From: Candidatus Eiseniibacteriota bacterium
GTDB taxonomy: Bacteria > Eisenbacteria > RBG-16-71-46 > JABDJR01 > JAWXBZ01
Assembly (NCBI GenBank): GCA_034440375.1
Contig: JAWXBZ010000014.1
Location: 1 to 21,021, forward strand
Reading direction: 5' to 3'
DNA: 21,021 nucleotides
The position numbers were made by a program, and so were the translations under genes. The stretch's first letter is position 1; the number at the start of each line of letters is the position of its first letter. This document shows positions 1 to 8,157 of this stretch, piece after piece. A model generated the notes under the pieces. That model saw nothing but the letters and a program-made list of their open reading frames with translations, was not told where the DNA came from and did no database searches.

Positions 1-1
1 C

Positions 2-343
2 TCGACGCTCGGCGCGCTTATCGCCCTGTTCGAGCGAGCGGTCGGCATCTACGCCCATCTGGTGGGGATCAATGCGTACCATCAGCCGGGCGTCGAGGCG
101 GGAAAGAAAGCGGCGGGCGAGGTGATCGACCTGCAGCTTCGCCTGCTGGCCACACTTCGAAGCCGCTCGGCGCCGCAATCCGCCCCCGAGCTGGCCGCTG
201 CCGTCGGCACGGAAGATGTCGAAACGGTCTGGCATCTGCTCGAGCACCTGGCGGCCAACCCGGGCCGTGGTGTGCGACGGCAGGGCGGTACCATGGCATT
301 TGACGGGCGTTACGTCATCGGTCGCGGCGACCGAATCTGTTAA
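2..343 (+). CDS. pgi: Glucose-6-phosphate isomerase, C-terminal part (5' truncated by window edge)
   Basis: Frame from nt 2 reads [38 protein letters not shown], the PGI C-terminal signature (QPGVE.GK) of the cyanobacterial/plastid-like type; TAA at 341-343. Confidence 0.93.
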   Translation, partial: STLGALIALFERAVGIYAHLVGINAYHQPGVEAGKKAAGEVIDLQLRLLATLRSRSAPQSAPELAAAVGTEDVETVWHLLEHLAANPGRGVRRQGGTMAFDGRYVIGRGDRIC

Positions 344-1043
344 GCGGCGGCGCGGGCACGGTCACGAAGATGCCCTCACCGGGCAAGCTTTCGAGGGCCG
401 AAAAATCGACCGACGTGATGTCGTATCGATAGGTTCGCCCCGACTGGACATCGTTGTCGATGGCCACCGGCATGGCCGGATCGCCCACGCGGATCAGCTC
501 GATGTTGTTGCGGTAGACGACATAGCCGGCCAGATCAAACTCGACCCCGCGATTCCAGAAAAGCGATACCCGGTCGAACCGGGTCTGGGCGATGAGGCCG
601 GTGGGCGGTTGCGGCGGCAGGTCATCCCAGAGAAATCGAACGGCGGTGCTCGGAAGACTTTCGACGCCGGCGCGACTGATCGCGGTAACCCAGAACAGGG
701 TCTGTCCGACCTGCGGAATTTCCAGGTCCTGGTACTGGCGCATCTTGACCGGTTCCGTCGTCAACCGCCGCTCGTCGCCGTCGGGCCGCCGACGATAGAC
801 ATGCCACCCCTCGACGACCACGAAATCGCTGTCAGGGGCTTCCCATGCCAGGAACGGACCAAACACCGCCGGCCTGACCGTGAGCTGGGAAGGCGCCGGG
901 ATCTCTCCGGGCGAGTCATAGCGCTCCGTTGGTGTCACTTCGTGGCCGCAACCGGTCAACAGCAGGAGGACAAGCACCACCGCCGCGTGCCGACCAATCC
1001 GAAACATCGCATCCCACGCGGCCGGTGCTTCGGGGCGCGTCAT
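315..1043 (-). CDS. Lipoprotein with fibronectin type III-like repeats
   Basis: Lipobox LLLTG-C after a hydrophobic stretch. Two FN3-like units: [30 protein letters not shown] and [38 protein letters not shown] at 1043 overlaps the upstream TGA (ATGA). A later ATG (MFRIGR) is an alternative start. Confidence 0.8.
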   Translation of the reverse strand: MTRPEAPAAWDAMFRIGRHAAVVLVLLLLTGCGHEVTPTERYDSPGEIPAPSQLTVRPAVFGPFLAWEAPDSDFVVVEGWHVYRRRPDGDERRLTTEPVKMRQYQDLEIPQVGQTLFWVTAISRAGVESLPSTAVRFLWDDLPPQPPTGLIAQTRFDRVSLFWNRGVEFDLAGYVVYRNNIELIRVGDPAMPVAIDNDVQSGRTYRYDITSVDFSALESLPGEGIFVTVPAPPLNRFGRRDR

Positions 1044-1897
1044 TGGTGCCACGCCAGAGCCAGGCCGGCCTCGGTACCGGCCAGCGTCTGCTGCCCGGAG
1101 AGGGTGTGATTCGCCGAGACTTCGATGTCGAACCGACGGCTCGCCTTGACGACCAGCGTGCCGGCCAATTTCAGGCTTTGACTGTTGACCTGTGTCGGGT
1201 CCAGGAGGTTGCCGCCCTCGTTGCCGGTCAGGGCCGAACGCGCGCGCAGGCCGGTTCGCAGGGCGATGCGCGTTGTGGCGCTCCAGCCGGCTTCAGCACT
1301 CCACATCAGCTCGTTCTCCAGCGGGCCGCCTCGCAGGTTGTAACCGACATCACCGGTCAGATAGACCGGGCCAAGGGAGCGGCCGAGCAGAAAGTTGAGA
1401 CTCGCGTCCGGATCGCCCGAGCCGAGCGAGGGGAAGTCACGCTTCTCATACCCCGGGGGGATCTTTACCTCGAGTGCCAGCGCGCTGACGATGTCGCGAG
1501 TCGGCAGACCGAACCGTGCGCCGATCCGAATATCCGAGAGGCCCCACGTTTTCCAGTTGGCCCCTTCTTCACGGACCTCGAGCGACTGGTAAGCCGTCGC
1601 GCCCACCAGCGTGAGGCGTGGGGCCAGGCCGTACTCGGCATAAGCGCGAATCTGGCGTTCCTTGAATGTGCCGGGGCTGAGGGCGGAGATATAGTCGACC
1701 CTGTGGCCATCGGCGTTGAAAACCTGGTTCGTGCTGAGGCCGGCGGCCTCGATTTTCAGGTAGTAGTGGCCACGGGGCTGGGTCCAGGCGCCGGCCAAAG
1801 CCGGGCCGGGGGCCAGTATTCGGAACAAGGCCCACCCGGCCAGCGGGAGCCAGGCCAGTTCGGCCGGCCGAAAAAATTTGACAAAGTATTTATTCAC
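1040..1897 (-). CDS. Putative outer-membrane beta-barrel protein
   Basis: Signal peptide ending ALA-GAWTQPRG. Alternating amphipathic strands rich in aromatics/Gly (YAEYGL, GLSDIRIGARF, YLTGDVGYNLR, WSAEAGW). GTG start uncertain. Confidence 0.7.
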   Translation of the reverse strand: MNKYFVKFFRPAELAWLPLAGWALFRILAPGPALAGAWTQPRGHYYLKIEAAGLSTNQVFNADGHRVDYISALSPGTFKERQIRAYAEYGLAPRLTLVGATAYQSLEVREEGANWKTWGLSDIRIGARFGLPTRDIVSALALEVKIPPGYEKRDFPSLGSGDPDASLNFLLGRSLGPVYLTGDVGYNLRGGPLENELMWSAEAGWSATTRIALRTGLRARSALTGNEGGNLLDPTQVNSQSLKLAGTLVVKASRRFDIEVSANHTLSGQQTLAGTEAGLALAWHQ

Positions 1898-1981
1898 AAT
1901 GAGTTAAGATCGTGAGCTGTACTGTCCGCATCGCCGGCTTCCGATCCAGGAGAGAGTGTTTGAGTCGACGGTTGGTGAGGT

Positions 1982-2006
1982 GTACACTGAATTCGTATCA
2001 GTGTAC
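1982..2006. promoter_or_regulatory. Inverted repeat GTACACTGA-N7-TCAGTGTAC, putative operator in a divergent intergenic region
   Basis: Perfect 9-bp arms at 1982-1990 and 1998-2006, between divergent starts at 1897 (-) and 2052 (+). Confidence 0.45.
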
Positions 2007-2051
2007 GCACGCACGACTTCGAACAGTTCTTGCCGGGAAAGGACAGACTCG

Positions 2052-2723
2052 ATGAGATCTTGGTTCCGCGGCATTCTTCTTACAACGGTCCTGCTTACGG
2101 CAACCGCTCCCCAGGCCCGGGCGCAGCATGAGGTTGTCTTCAACGAAATTCTGATCCGCCGGACCGGGCCAAGTCCGACAGTGGACCAGCTGGTTGAACT
2201 CAAGAATACAGGTGGCTTCAGCATGAACGTGGGTGGCTGGGTATTCTGCCACGAGTTTGACTACAACGGCGCCACGATTCCCACCGGCACGACGATCGCG
2301 GGAGGCGGGCTGCTGACACTCCATTTCAATCAGAGCGGCACCAATACGAGCAGCGATGTCTACTTCCCGGGTGAGGATCTGAGCACGACGTCGGATCTGG
2401 CGCTTTACATCAACGGGAACAATTTCAGCAGTGCCGCCAACATGCATGCCTTCATCCAGTTCGGCGGCATACCGGCCGGCGGCCGGCAGAGTGTGGCGGC
2501 CCAGGCCGGTCTTTGGACCACCAACGCCTTCGTCCCCAACCCGGCGATCGGCTCCTCGGTGGAACTCTGCTCCGGCGATGCCACACAGGTGACCTCGTGG
2601 ATCGGCACCAGTTCACCGACGATTGGTGCCACCAACGGCTGCGGTGTTGCGATCAAGGAAGCTTCCTGGGGCAGCGTCAAGTCGATATTCAATCGCCAGA
2701 ACGGGTCCGGGCGCTTCCGCTAG
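2052..2723 (+). CDS. Secreted lamin-tail-domain (LTD) protein with C-terminal SWGxVK tail
   Basis: AAAGGA RBS before ATG 2052; signal peptide (..PQARA-Q); LTD motifs VVFNEIL..DQLVELKNTG..MNVGGW and the closing SPTIGATN; tail VAIKEASWGSVKSIF. Confidence 0.8.
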   Translation: MRSWFRGILLTTVLLTATAPQARAQHEVVFNEILIRRTGPSPTVDQLVELKNTGGFSMNVGGWVFCHEFDYNGATIPTGTTIAGGGLLTLHFNQSGTNTSSDVYFPGEDLSTTSDLALYINGNNFSSAANMHAFIQFGGIPAGGRQSVAAQAGLWTTNAFVPNPAIGSSVELCSGDATQVTSWIGTSSPTIGATNGCGVAIKEASWGSVKSIFNRQNGSGRFR

Positions 2724-2733
2724 GCTCGACGTA

Positions 2734-4230
2734 TCAGCCGATCCGGCCGACCCCGCTGCGAGCTTCCTGATACAAGGCCAGCGCTAGCCCACGCCGTTCG
2801 GCGTGATCGCAGATCGGCTGCGGATAATTCTCCCCGAGCGTCACGCCATGAACGGCCAGTTGAATCGACGTGGCCGTCCAGGGATCGTGAATCAATGCTG
2901 CGGGCAGCTCGGCCAGCTCCGGCACCCAGCGTCGGACATAGGCGCCATCCGGGTCGAATTTCTTCCCCTGCAGCACCGGATTGAAAATCCGAAAATAGGG
3001 CTGCGCATCGGTGCCGGTGCCGGCGGCCCACTGCCAGCCGCCGTTGTTCGAGGCCGGGTCGCCATCGACGAGGTGGTTCATGAACCATCGCTCGCCCCGC
3101 CGCCAGTCGATCAGCAGGTCCTTGGTCAGGAACGAGGCCACGATCATGCGGGCCCGATTGTGCATCCACCCGCTGGCTCGTAGCTGACGCATCGCGGCAT
3201 CCACCACCGGATAGCCGGTTCGTCCTTCGCACCAGGCCTGCCACGACGGCTCGTCGGAAACCCAGCGGATGGCATCGAACGGACGGCGGAACGAACCGCC
3301 CACCACATGCGGAAAGTGGTACATCACCTGTCCGTAAAAATCGCGCCACCGAAGCTCGGAGATGTAGTGTTCGACGCTTTTTCGTGCGTCGGCTCCGGCC
3401 GCGCTCCGGTTGATGTCGGCGTGCCTTCCCCCCGCGGCACCCGGGGATTCGAGTGCCGCCGACACGGCGTGATACACCTGTCGCGGCGAGATCGTGCCGA
3501 AGCGAAGGTGGTGAGACAGACGTGAGGTACCCGGTTTGTCGAGCCGGTCGCGATCGGGAATGTAGTCGAACAATGCCGATTCCGCGAAGTCACGCAGGGC
3601 CTGCCTGGCGGCACCGGCGCCCGGCGGCCAGCGATCCTGATCTGTCTTTTCTCCGAGATCCTCCAACGTGGCCAGTCGCCGCGAGGCAATCGGCTGCCCG
3701 GCGCCATCGCGCGGAATCGTGAGCCTATCGACCGTCGGAGCGGTGGGCCCGACGCCGCGCGGCTCCGACGCCTTTCGAAAGGGGGAGTAGACGACGAATG
3801 GCTCGCCGGCCGCGTTCCGCACCGCGCCAGGCGCCACCAGAAAGCGATCGTGGTGCCGGCAGAGCCGGATGCCGGCCGCCGCCAGTCGTTCTTCCACGAC
3901 TCGGTCACGCTCCATGAGATCGGGCTCGTACTCCGCGTTGGCGTGGACGACGTGAGCGCCGCATTCACGGGCCAGTTTCAGGAGTTCGTCGGCCGCGTCC
4001 CCGTGCCGCAGGATCAGGCGCCCGCCGAGCCGATCGATGGAAAGAGACAGGTCGGCCAGGCAATCAAGGACGAAGCGAAGCCGCACGGCTGCCATGTCGG
4101 GTCGCGCGAGAATGGTCGGTTCACTGACGTAGGCCGTGACGACGTCACCACCGGAATCAGCCACGGCCGCCGCGAGGGCCGTATTGTCGTCGAGGCGGAG
4201 ATCTTTTCGAAACCAGTGAATGGCGGGCAT
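2734..4230 (-). CDS. phrB: Deoxyribodipyrimidine (CPD) photolyase
   Basis: WFRKDLRLDDNTAL, TSRLSHHLRFGTISPR, ELRWRDFY, GRTGYPVVDAAMRQL..GWMHNRARMIVASFLTK, DGDPASNNGGWQW, DAQPYFRIFNP; GGAGA RBS. Confidence 0.95.
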   Translation of the reverse strand: MPAIHWFRKDLRLDDNTALAAAVADSGGDVVTAYVSEPTILARPDMAAVRLRFVLDCLADLSLSIDRLGGRLILRHGDAADELLKLARECGAHVVHANAEYEPDLMERDRVVEERLAAAGIRLCRHHDRFLVAPGAVRNAAGEPFVVYSPFRKASEPRGVGPTAPTVDRLTIPRDGAGQPIASRRLATLEDLGEKTDQDRWPPGAGAARQALRDFAESALFDYIPDRDRLDKPGTSRLSHHLRFGTISPRQVYHAVSAALESPGAAGGRHADINRSAAGADARKSVEHYISELRWRDFYGQVMYHFPHVVGGSFRRPFDAIRWVSDEPSWQAWCEGRTGYPVVDAAMRQLRASGWMHNRARMIVASFLTKDLLIDWRRGERWFMNHLVDGDPASNNGGWQWAAGTGTDAQPYFRIFNPVLQGKKFDPDGAYVRRWVPELAELPAALIHDPWTATSIQLAVHGVTLGENYPQPICDHAERRGLALALYQEARSGVGRIG

Positions 4231-4327
4231 GCGGGAATCTCCGGTTGGTTGGCGCCTGGACGGCGGTGGCGCGGGTCCTTCGCCCGACGGATGAAGGTGC
4301 CGTGACGTCTATCCCGCCGCCGGCGGA

Positions 4328-5935
4328 TTAGAGTCCCGAGCCGCCGGTGGGGATTCGATTGGAGGGAGGCGGATTCACCGGCGCCGCACCCGGGGTCGAT
4401 CGTCCGGGCGTTGCTCCTCGTTGCGAATCAGGGGCGGAGGAGTCCGGGGGTGTCGCGGTCAGCGGGGCGGTCGGCTGGAAGAATTCGTACTCGATCCGCC
4501 CCCTGGTCAGGATCAGGTCGATTTCCTGGCTCACGCCGCCGCGTTCAACGACAAAGGGCAGCGTGCTGCCAATCCGATGCGACTGGACGATCTCCGCCAG
4601 TCGGTCCTCGGAGAGGACGGGTCGGCCGTCCACTTCCGTGATGACATCGCCAACGCGCAGGGCCGAGCCGTCTGCCGAGTGCCCTTTCAGGATGTCATCG
4701 ACGCGAAGGCCCGAGCCGGTCGACACGACCTTGATGCCCAGCCGTGGGCGCTCGACCCGGACCCGCGCCTCAAGGCCGGCCATCTCCTCGAGCATGGTCG
4801 GGTAGTAGTCGGTGAAGCGCCGGTAGAAGTCGCGGCCACGATCGTACCCGAGCATCGACGCGTCGAGCGCCCGGATCATTCCGAGGCCGGCCTGGAGAGC
4901 TGAGGCGATCCGCAGTTCACGCTCGACACCGTCTGCCTGCAGTCGGACACGCAAGTCGATGGCCCGGTAGAGGTGGGCATTAAAGCAGTCCTCCCAGGTT
5001 CCGACGGTGGTGGCGGCCACGCCTTGCTTGAGGTAACTCCAATAGCCGGCCAGGCTGGATACGCGCTCAGCGTTGGCTCTGGTAAGGCGTTCCACGGTCG
5101 GCCTTGAAAATTCCCGAACGCAGATCCAGGAGAGGCTGGTTTCCGGCGTCAGCTTGCCGGCACTCTCCGCCCGTTCGATGACGAGGATTCGACGCCCGTC
5201 CTCGACCGGTACGGCGAATGGCGCGCGCCAGGGACCGTAATGCGTCGGGATGACGATCGGTTCATAGTGCGACGGCTCGCCGAAGAAATCGGCCAGCCGG
5301 GCGGTGAGGTGGCTCAGGGTCGGGTCTTTCTCGATCGATTCCGACCGGGCGCGGAGCGGTGGTTCCGCCGCGGCGAAGATCGAGTCAAATCCGGAAACAA
5401 GGGCGAAGTCGCGCGATTCATCGATCAGAGAATCGAGGAATCCCGATGTGAAAATCCCTTTTTGCCCCAGGAACGTCGGTCCACCCGGAAGTCGCGCCAG
5501 GGCCACTTCGTCCATCGGCGATTTCAAACGCTCCAGCTCCGGCCACCCGCTCCGGTTCAGCAGGATGGTGGTGAGGACTTCGGACGTGAGACCCTTGCTC
5601 CGGTTGGCCGAGATGCGCCGGGCAGCGGGATGACCGCTCAGTCGGCCAATGTGGGTTTCGGCGCGGCCGGCACCAATACCGGTGGCTGGAAGCGGGAGGC
5701 CGTTGGCATCCACCCGTTTTGGCTCCGCGGACGGCCATGCCGCATTGAGGTCGCCACCGGCACGCGCGAGCAGGGCGGCCAATTCCACACGGGCATCCGG
5801 TCTTACGACCATGCCGCGACCCCTGGCCGCCCGCCCCTCGGGGGAGCTGACCAGCAGGCCGTAGGCCAGTAGCGCCAGTAGTGGCAGGGCCGACAGCAAG
5901 GCCCGAATGGGATGGAAGCGGGTTGGACTGTTCAT
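4328..5935 (-). CDS. Exported DUF4932-like protein with C-terminal PDZ domain and Pro-rich tail
   Basis: Signal/TM segment after MNSPTRF. RPDARVELAALL and WEDCFNAHLYRA resemble the DUF4932 ends. PDZ: RPRLGIKV..LRVDDI..GHSADGSALRVGDVITEVDG..VVERGG. Start moved to ATG 5935 to avoid overlap with the divergent gene. Confidence 0.72.
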   Translation of the reverse strand: MNSPTRFHPIRALLSALPLLALLAYGLLVSSPEGRAARGRGMVVRPDARVELAALLARAGGDLNAAWPSAEPKRVDANGLPLPATGIGAGRAETHIGRLSGHPAARRISANRSKGLTSEVLTTILLNRSGWPELERLKSPMDEVALARLPGGPTFLGQKGIFTSGFLDSLIDESRDFALVSGFDSIFAAAEPPLRARSESIEKDPTLSHLTARLADFFGEPSHYEPIVIPTHYGPWRAPFAVPVEDGRRILVIERAESAGKLTPETSLSWICVREFSRPTVERLTRANAERVSSLAGYWSYLKQGVAATTVGTWEDCFNAHLYRAIDLRVRLQADGVERELRIASALQAGLGMIRALDASMLGYDRGRDFYRRFTDYYPTMLEEMAGLEARVRVERPRLGIKVVSTGSGLRVDDILKGHSADGSALRVGDVITEVDGRPVLSEDRLAEIVQSHRIGSTLPFVVERGGVSQEIDLILTRGRIEYEFFQPTAPLTATPPDSSAPDSQRGATPGRSTPGAAPVNPPPSNRIPTGGSGL

Positions 5936-6029
5936 CGGGGAAGGGCGAAGACTAACACAAAGGTCGGTCGGGCTATACTCGTCGCCAGCCGCCATCGAAT
6001 GGCTGATGTCACACTCTTCGAGGTATCCC

Positions 6030-6611
6030 ATGACCAGCGAAAAGACCCCCGATCCGGCCCCCGGGCCGGCCCTTGACCAGGCACCCGACTCGTCACCCGG
6101 CCTCGTCGGCCGCATCCTGATTTTCGTCGAGCAGTCTTACGAGGACCTCGAGCTCTGGTACCCGAAGATACGACTCGAGGAAGAAGGGTACGAGGTGGTG
6201 GTGGCCGGACCGGAGAAGAAAACCTACACGGGGAAGAACGGTTACCCGTGTGCCGCTGACTTCGCGATCACCGACATCAACTCGACCGACTTCGATGGAC
6301 TGGTCATCCCCGGCGGCTGGGCACCGGATCGCCTCCGTCGATATCCGCGCGTGCTCGAACTGGTGCGGGAGTTTGAGGCGGCCGGCAAGACCATCGGCAT
6401 GATCTGTCACGCCGGCTGGGTGCCGATAAGCGCCGGAATACTGAAAGGGCGCACCGTCACCGGCGTCTCGGCCATCAAGGATGACCTCGAGAATGCCGGC
6501 GCCACATTTGTCGACCGGAGCGTGGTGAGTGATCGACACCTGGTGTCAAGCCGGACGCCGGCCGATTTACCCGATTTTCTGAAGGGGATGATCAAGGACC
6601 TGAAGCGTTAA
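6030..6611 (+). CDS. PfpI/DJ-1 family protein (type 1 glutamine amidotransferase-like intracellular protease/glyoxalase)
   Basis: GAGGT RBS before ATG 6030; motifs YEDLELWYP, FDGLVIPGGWAPD, ICHAGW (catalytic Cys), SRTPADLP. Confidence 0.93.
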   Translation: MTSEKTPDPAPGPALDQAPDSSPGLVGRILIFVEQSYEDLELWYPKIRLEEEGYEVVVAGPEKKTYTGKNGYPCAADFAITDINSTDFDGLVIPGGWAPDRLRRYPRVLELVREFEAAGKTIGMICHAGWVPISAGILKGRTVTGVSAIKDDLENAGATFVDRSVVSDRHLVSSRTPADLPDFLKGMIKDLKR

Positions 6612-6642
6612 TCCAGCAATATGGTCCCGGTGCCCGATTTTC

Positions 6643-7923
6643 CTAGGCCAGGACCCCGCCCGTCGCGTGCGGCACACGCCAGCGCGCGAAGTCGGCCAAT
6701 GCCAGTTCGTGGCCGGTGCGGGGGAGGCGGATGGTGAGGCGATCGTGGGGTTTGTCGGGGTCGTGGCCGCGGCTGATCCATTGGATGAGTTCGGCCATGA
6801 TCCAGCCGATGACGGGACCCGACTTGAACCATTTGCCGCTGGTGCCGATGGCCACAAACCAGCCGTCGAGGTCGGTCTTGTCGAGAATTGGGCACCAGTC
6901 GGCCACGGTGACGTCGTAGAGTGCCGAGGTACCTTTCAGGCCGAGAAGGCGGGCACCGGGCTGACGCCCCCTCAGGCGCTCCAATTTATCGGCCATGAAT
7001 TCGGGAGTCGGCTCCGGCAGTAGCTGGTCGGCACTGGCCAGGAAATGGCGATCATCGGCCGGCAACACGGTGCCGATTCGGAAGGCCCTCGGATCCGGCC
7101 GGAAGTAAATGCCATTGACCGGGTCGGCACAAACGGGGAACGGCGGTTTGCCGGAACCGTTCCAGTTGAGCGCCGTCTCGCGCCCCTCGATGAACTGCTG
7201 CAGGTTCGGGGCGGTCGTCAGCGGCAGCGGGCAACCGGCCATCAGGTTCAACGCGGCGGAATGCGGTCCGCCGGCGTTGACGACGACATCGGCCTCGATC
7301 CGCGCACCGCGATCGGTGACAAGTGCCCGGACCCGACGGCGTCCGGTCTGCGACAGTGCGCTGTCGTCATGCTCGATGGCCGCCACCCCCTCGGAAAGTC
7401 GAAACGTGACGCCGGCCCGTCGTGCGGCTTCGGCCAGATTGCGAACCGCGCGGGCGGGATCTTCCACGTAGCCGCCACGCTTCTCGAATAGCCCGGCCAC
7501 CGGCGCACCGGCGAGGGGGCCCGTGAATCGGAAGCTGGGGAACCGCTGCGTCAGGGATGGCTCATCCAGGACCTCGATGTCGGCCCCGAGTTCCTTGAGC
7601 GTGCGAACCGGCATGGAGGCCATCAACACCGGTTTCAACACCCAGAGAATTCCGGGTTGATGAAATTGAACCAGGTCCTCATCGTGCCCGAGGTATTTCG
7701 CCCATTCTTCCCAGAGCTTCAGCCCCTCGATGGCCAGTTTGATGGAATGGCGCTCGTGATAAAGTTGGCGGATGATGGCCGTGGATCGGGCGGTCGAGCC
7801 CTGGCCGACCTGGTCAAGTTTTTCGAGGACGGTCACTTTCCGGCCACGCCGAGCGCATTCCAGGGCGATGGAACAGCCGATAAGGCCGCCACCGATCACA
7901 ACGATTTCGGCGCGCTCGGACAT
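6643..7923 (-). CDS. FAD-dependent oxidoreductase, DAO/sarcosine oxidase beta-like family
   Basis: AGGAGG RBS; VIGGGLIGCSIA dinucleotide-binding motif, GQGSTARSTAIIR, VVVNAGGP, YDVTVADWCPI, GTSGKWFKSGP. Confidence 0.9.
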   Translation of the reverse strand: MSERAEIVVIGGGLIGCSIALECARRGRKVTVLEKLDQVGQGSTARSTAIIRQLYHERHSIKLAIEGLKLWEEWAKYLGHDEDLVQFHQPGILWVLKPVLMASMPVRTLKELGADIEVLDEPSLTQRFPSFRFTGPLAGAPVAGLFEKRGGYVEDPARAVRNLAEAARRAGVTFRLSEGVAAIEHDDSALSQTGRRRVRALVTDRGARIEADVVVNAGGPHSAALNLMAGCPLPLTTAPNLQQFIEGRETALNWNGSGKPPFPVCADPVNGIYFRPDPRAFRIGTVLPADDRHFLASADQLLPEPTPEFMADKLERLRGRQPGARLLGLKGTSALYDVTVADWCPILDKTDLDGWFVAIGTSGKWFKSGPVIGWIMAELIQWISRGHDPDKPHDRLTIRLPRTGHELALADFARWRVPHATGGVLA

Positions 7924-8142
7924 GATGGCCTCCTGGCATTGTCAAAAAATCCGACAGTAACCACTCTGGTAAATCCTTGCAGCAAATTATCTTATGTCGA
8001 TTCTACGCTTGGTTGGTGAGTGAATGCCAGCGATAATTCGGCATCACTTCTGTGCCTGAGCTGGCCCTCCGCCGCTCCGCAGCGCAGGCAGCACCTGGAG
8101 CGGGATCAGGTCGCTGGTTTGGAGGTAGCCGACCCGACCTCC

Positions 8143-8151
8143 TGCTATCTT
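8143..8151 (+). promoter_or_regulatory. Extended -10 element (TG-C-TATCTT), probable leaderless promoter
   Basis: TGn+TATCTT ends 6 nt before ATG 8158; no properly spaced Shine-Dalgarno sequence. Confidence 0.4.
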
Positions 8152-8157
8152 CGGGAG

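Noticed and set aside
1878-1899. Possible Rex box or sigma70 promoter
   Set aside because: Only one TTCACAA half-site matches, and the -35/-10 spacing is non-canonical.
216-1915. Long plus-strand ORFs 216-1109 and 929-1915
   Set aside because: Antisense shadows of motif-bearing minus-strand genes; expected in high-GC DNA.
4231-4327. Weak hairpins upstream of the photolyase gene
   Set aside because: No U-tract and no riboswitch consensus that I recognise; such stems are common at this GC content.
5936-6115. N-terminal extensions that make the PDZ gene and the PfpI gene overlap
   Set aside because: Better starts exist at 5935 (-) and 6030 (+, with RBS), leaving a normal divergent spacer.
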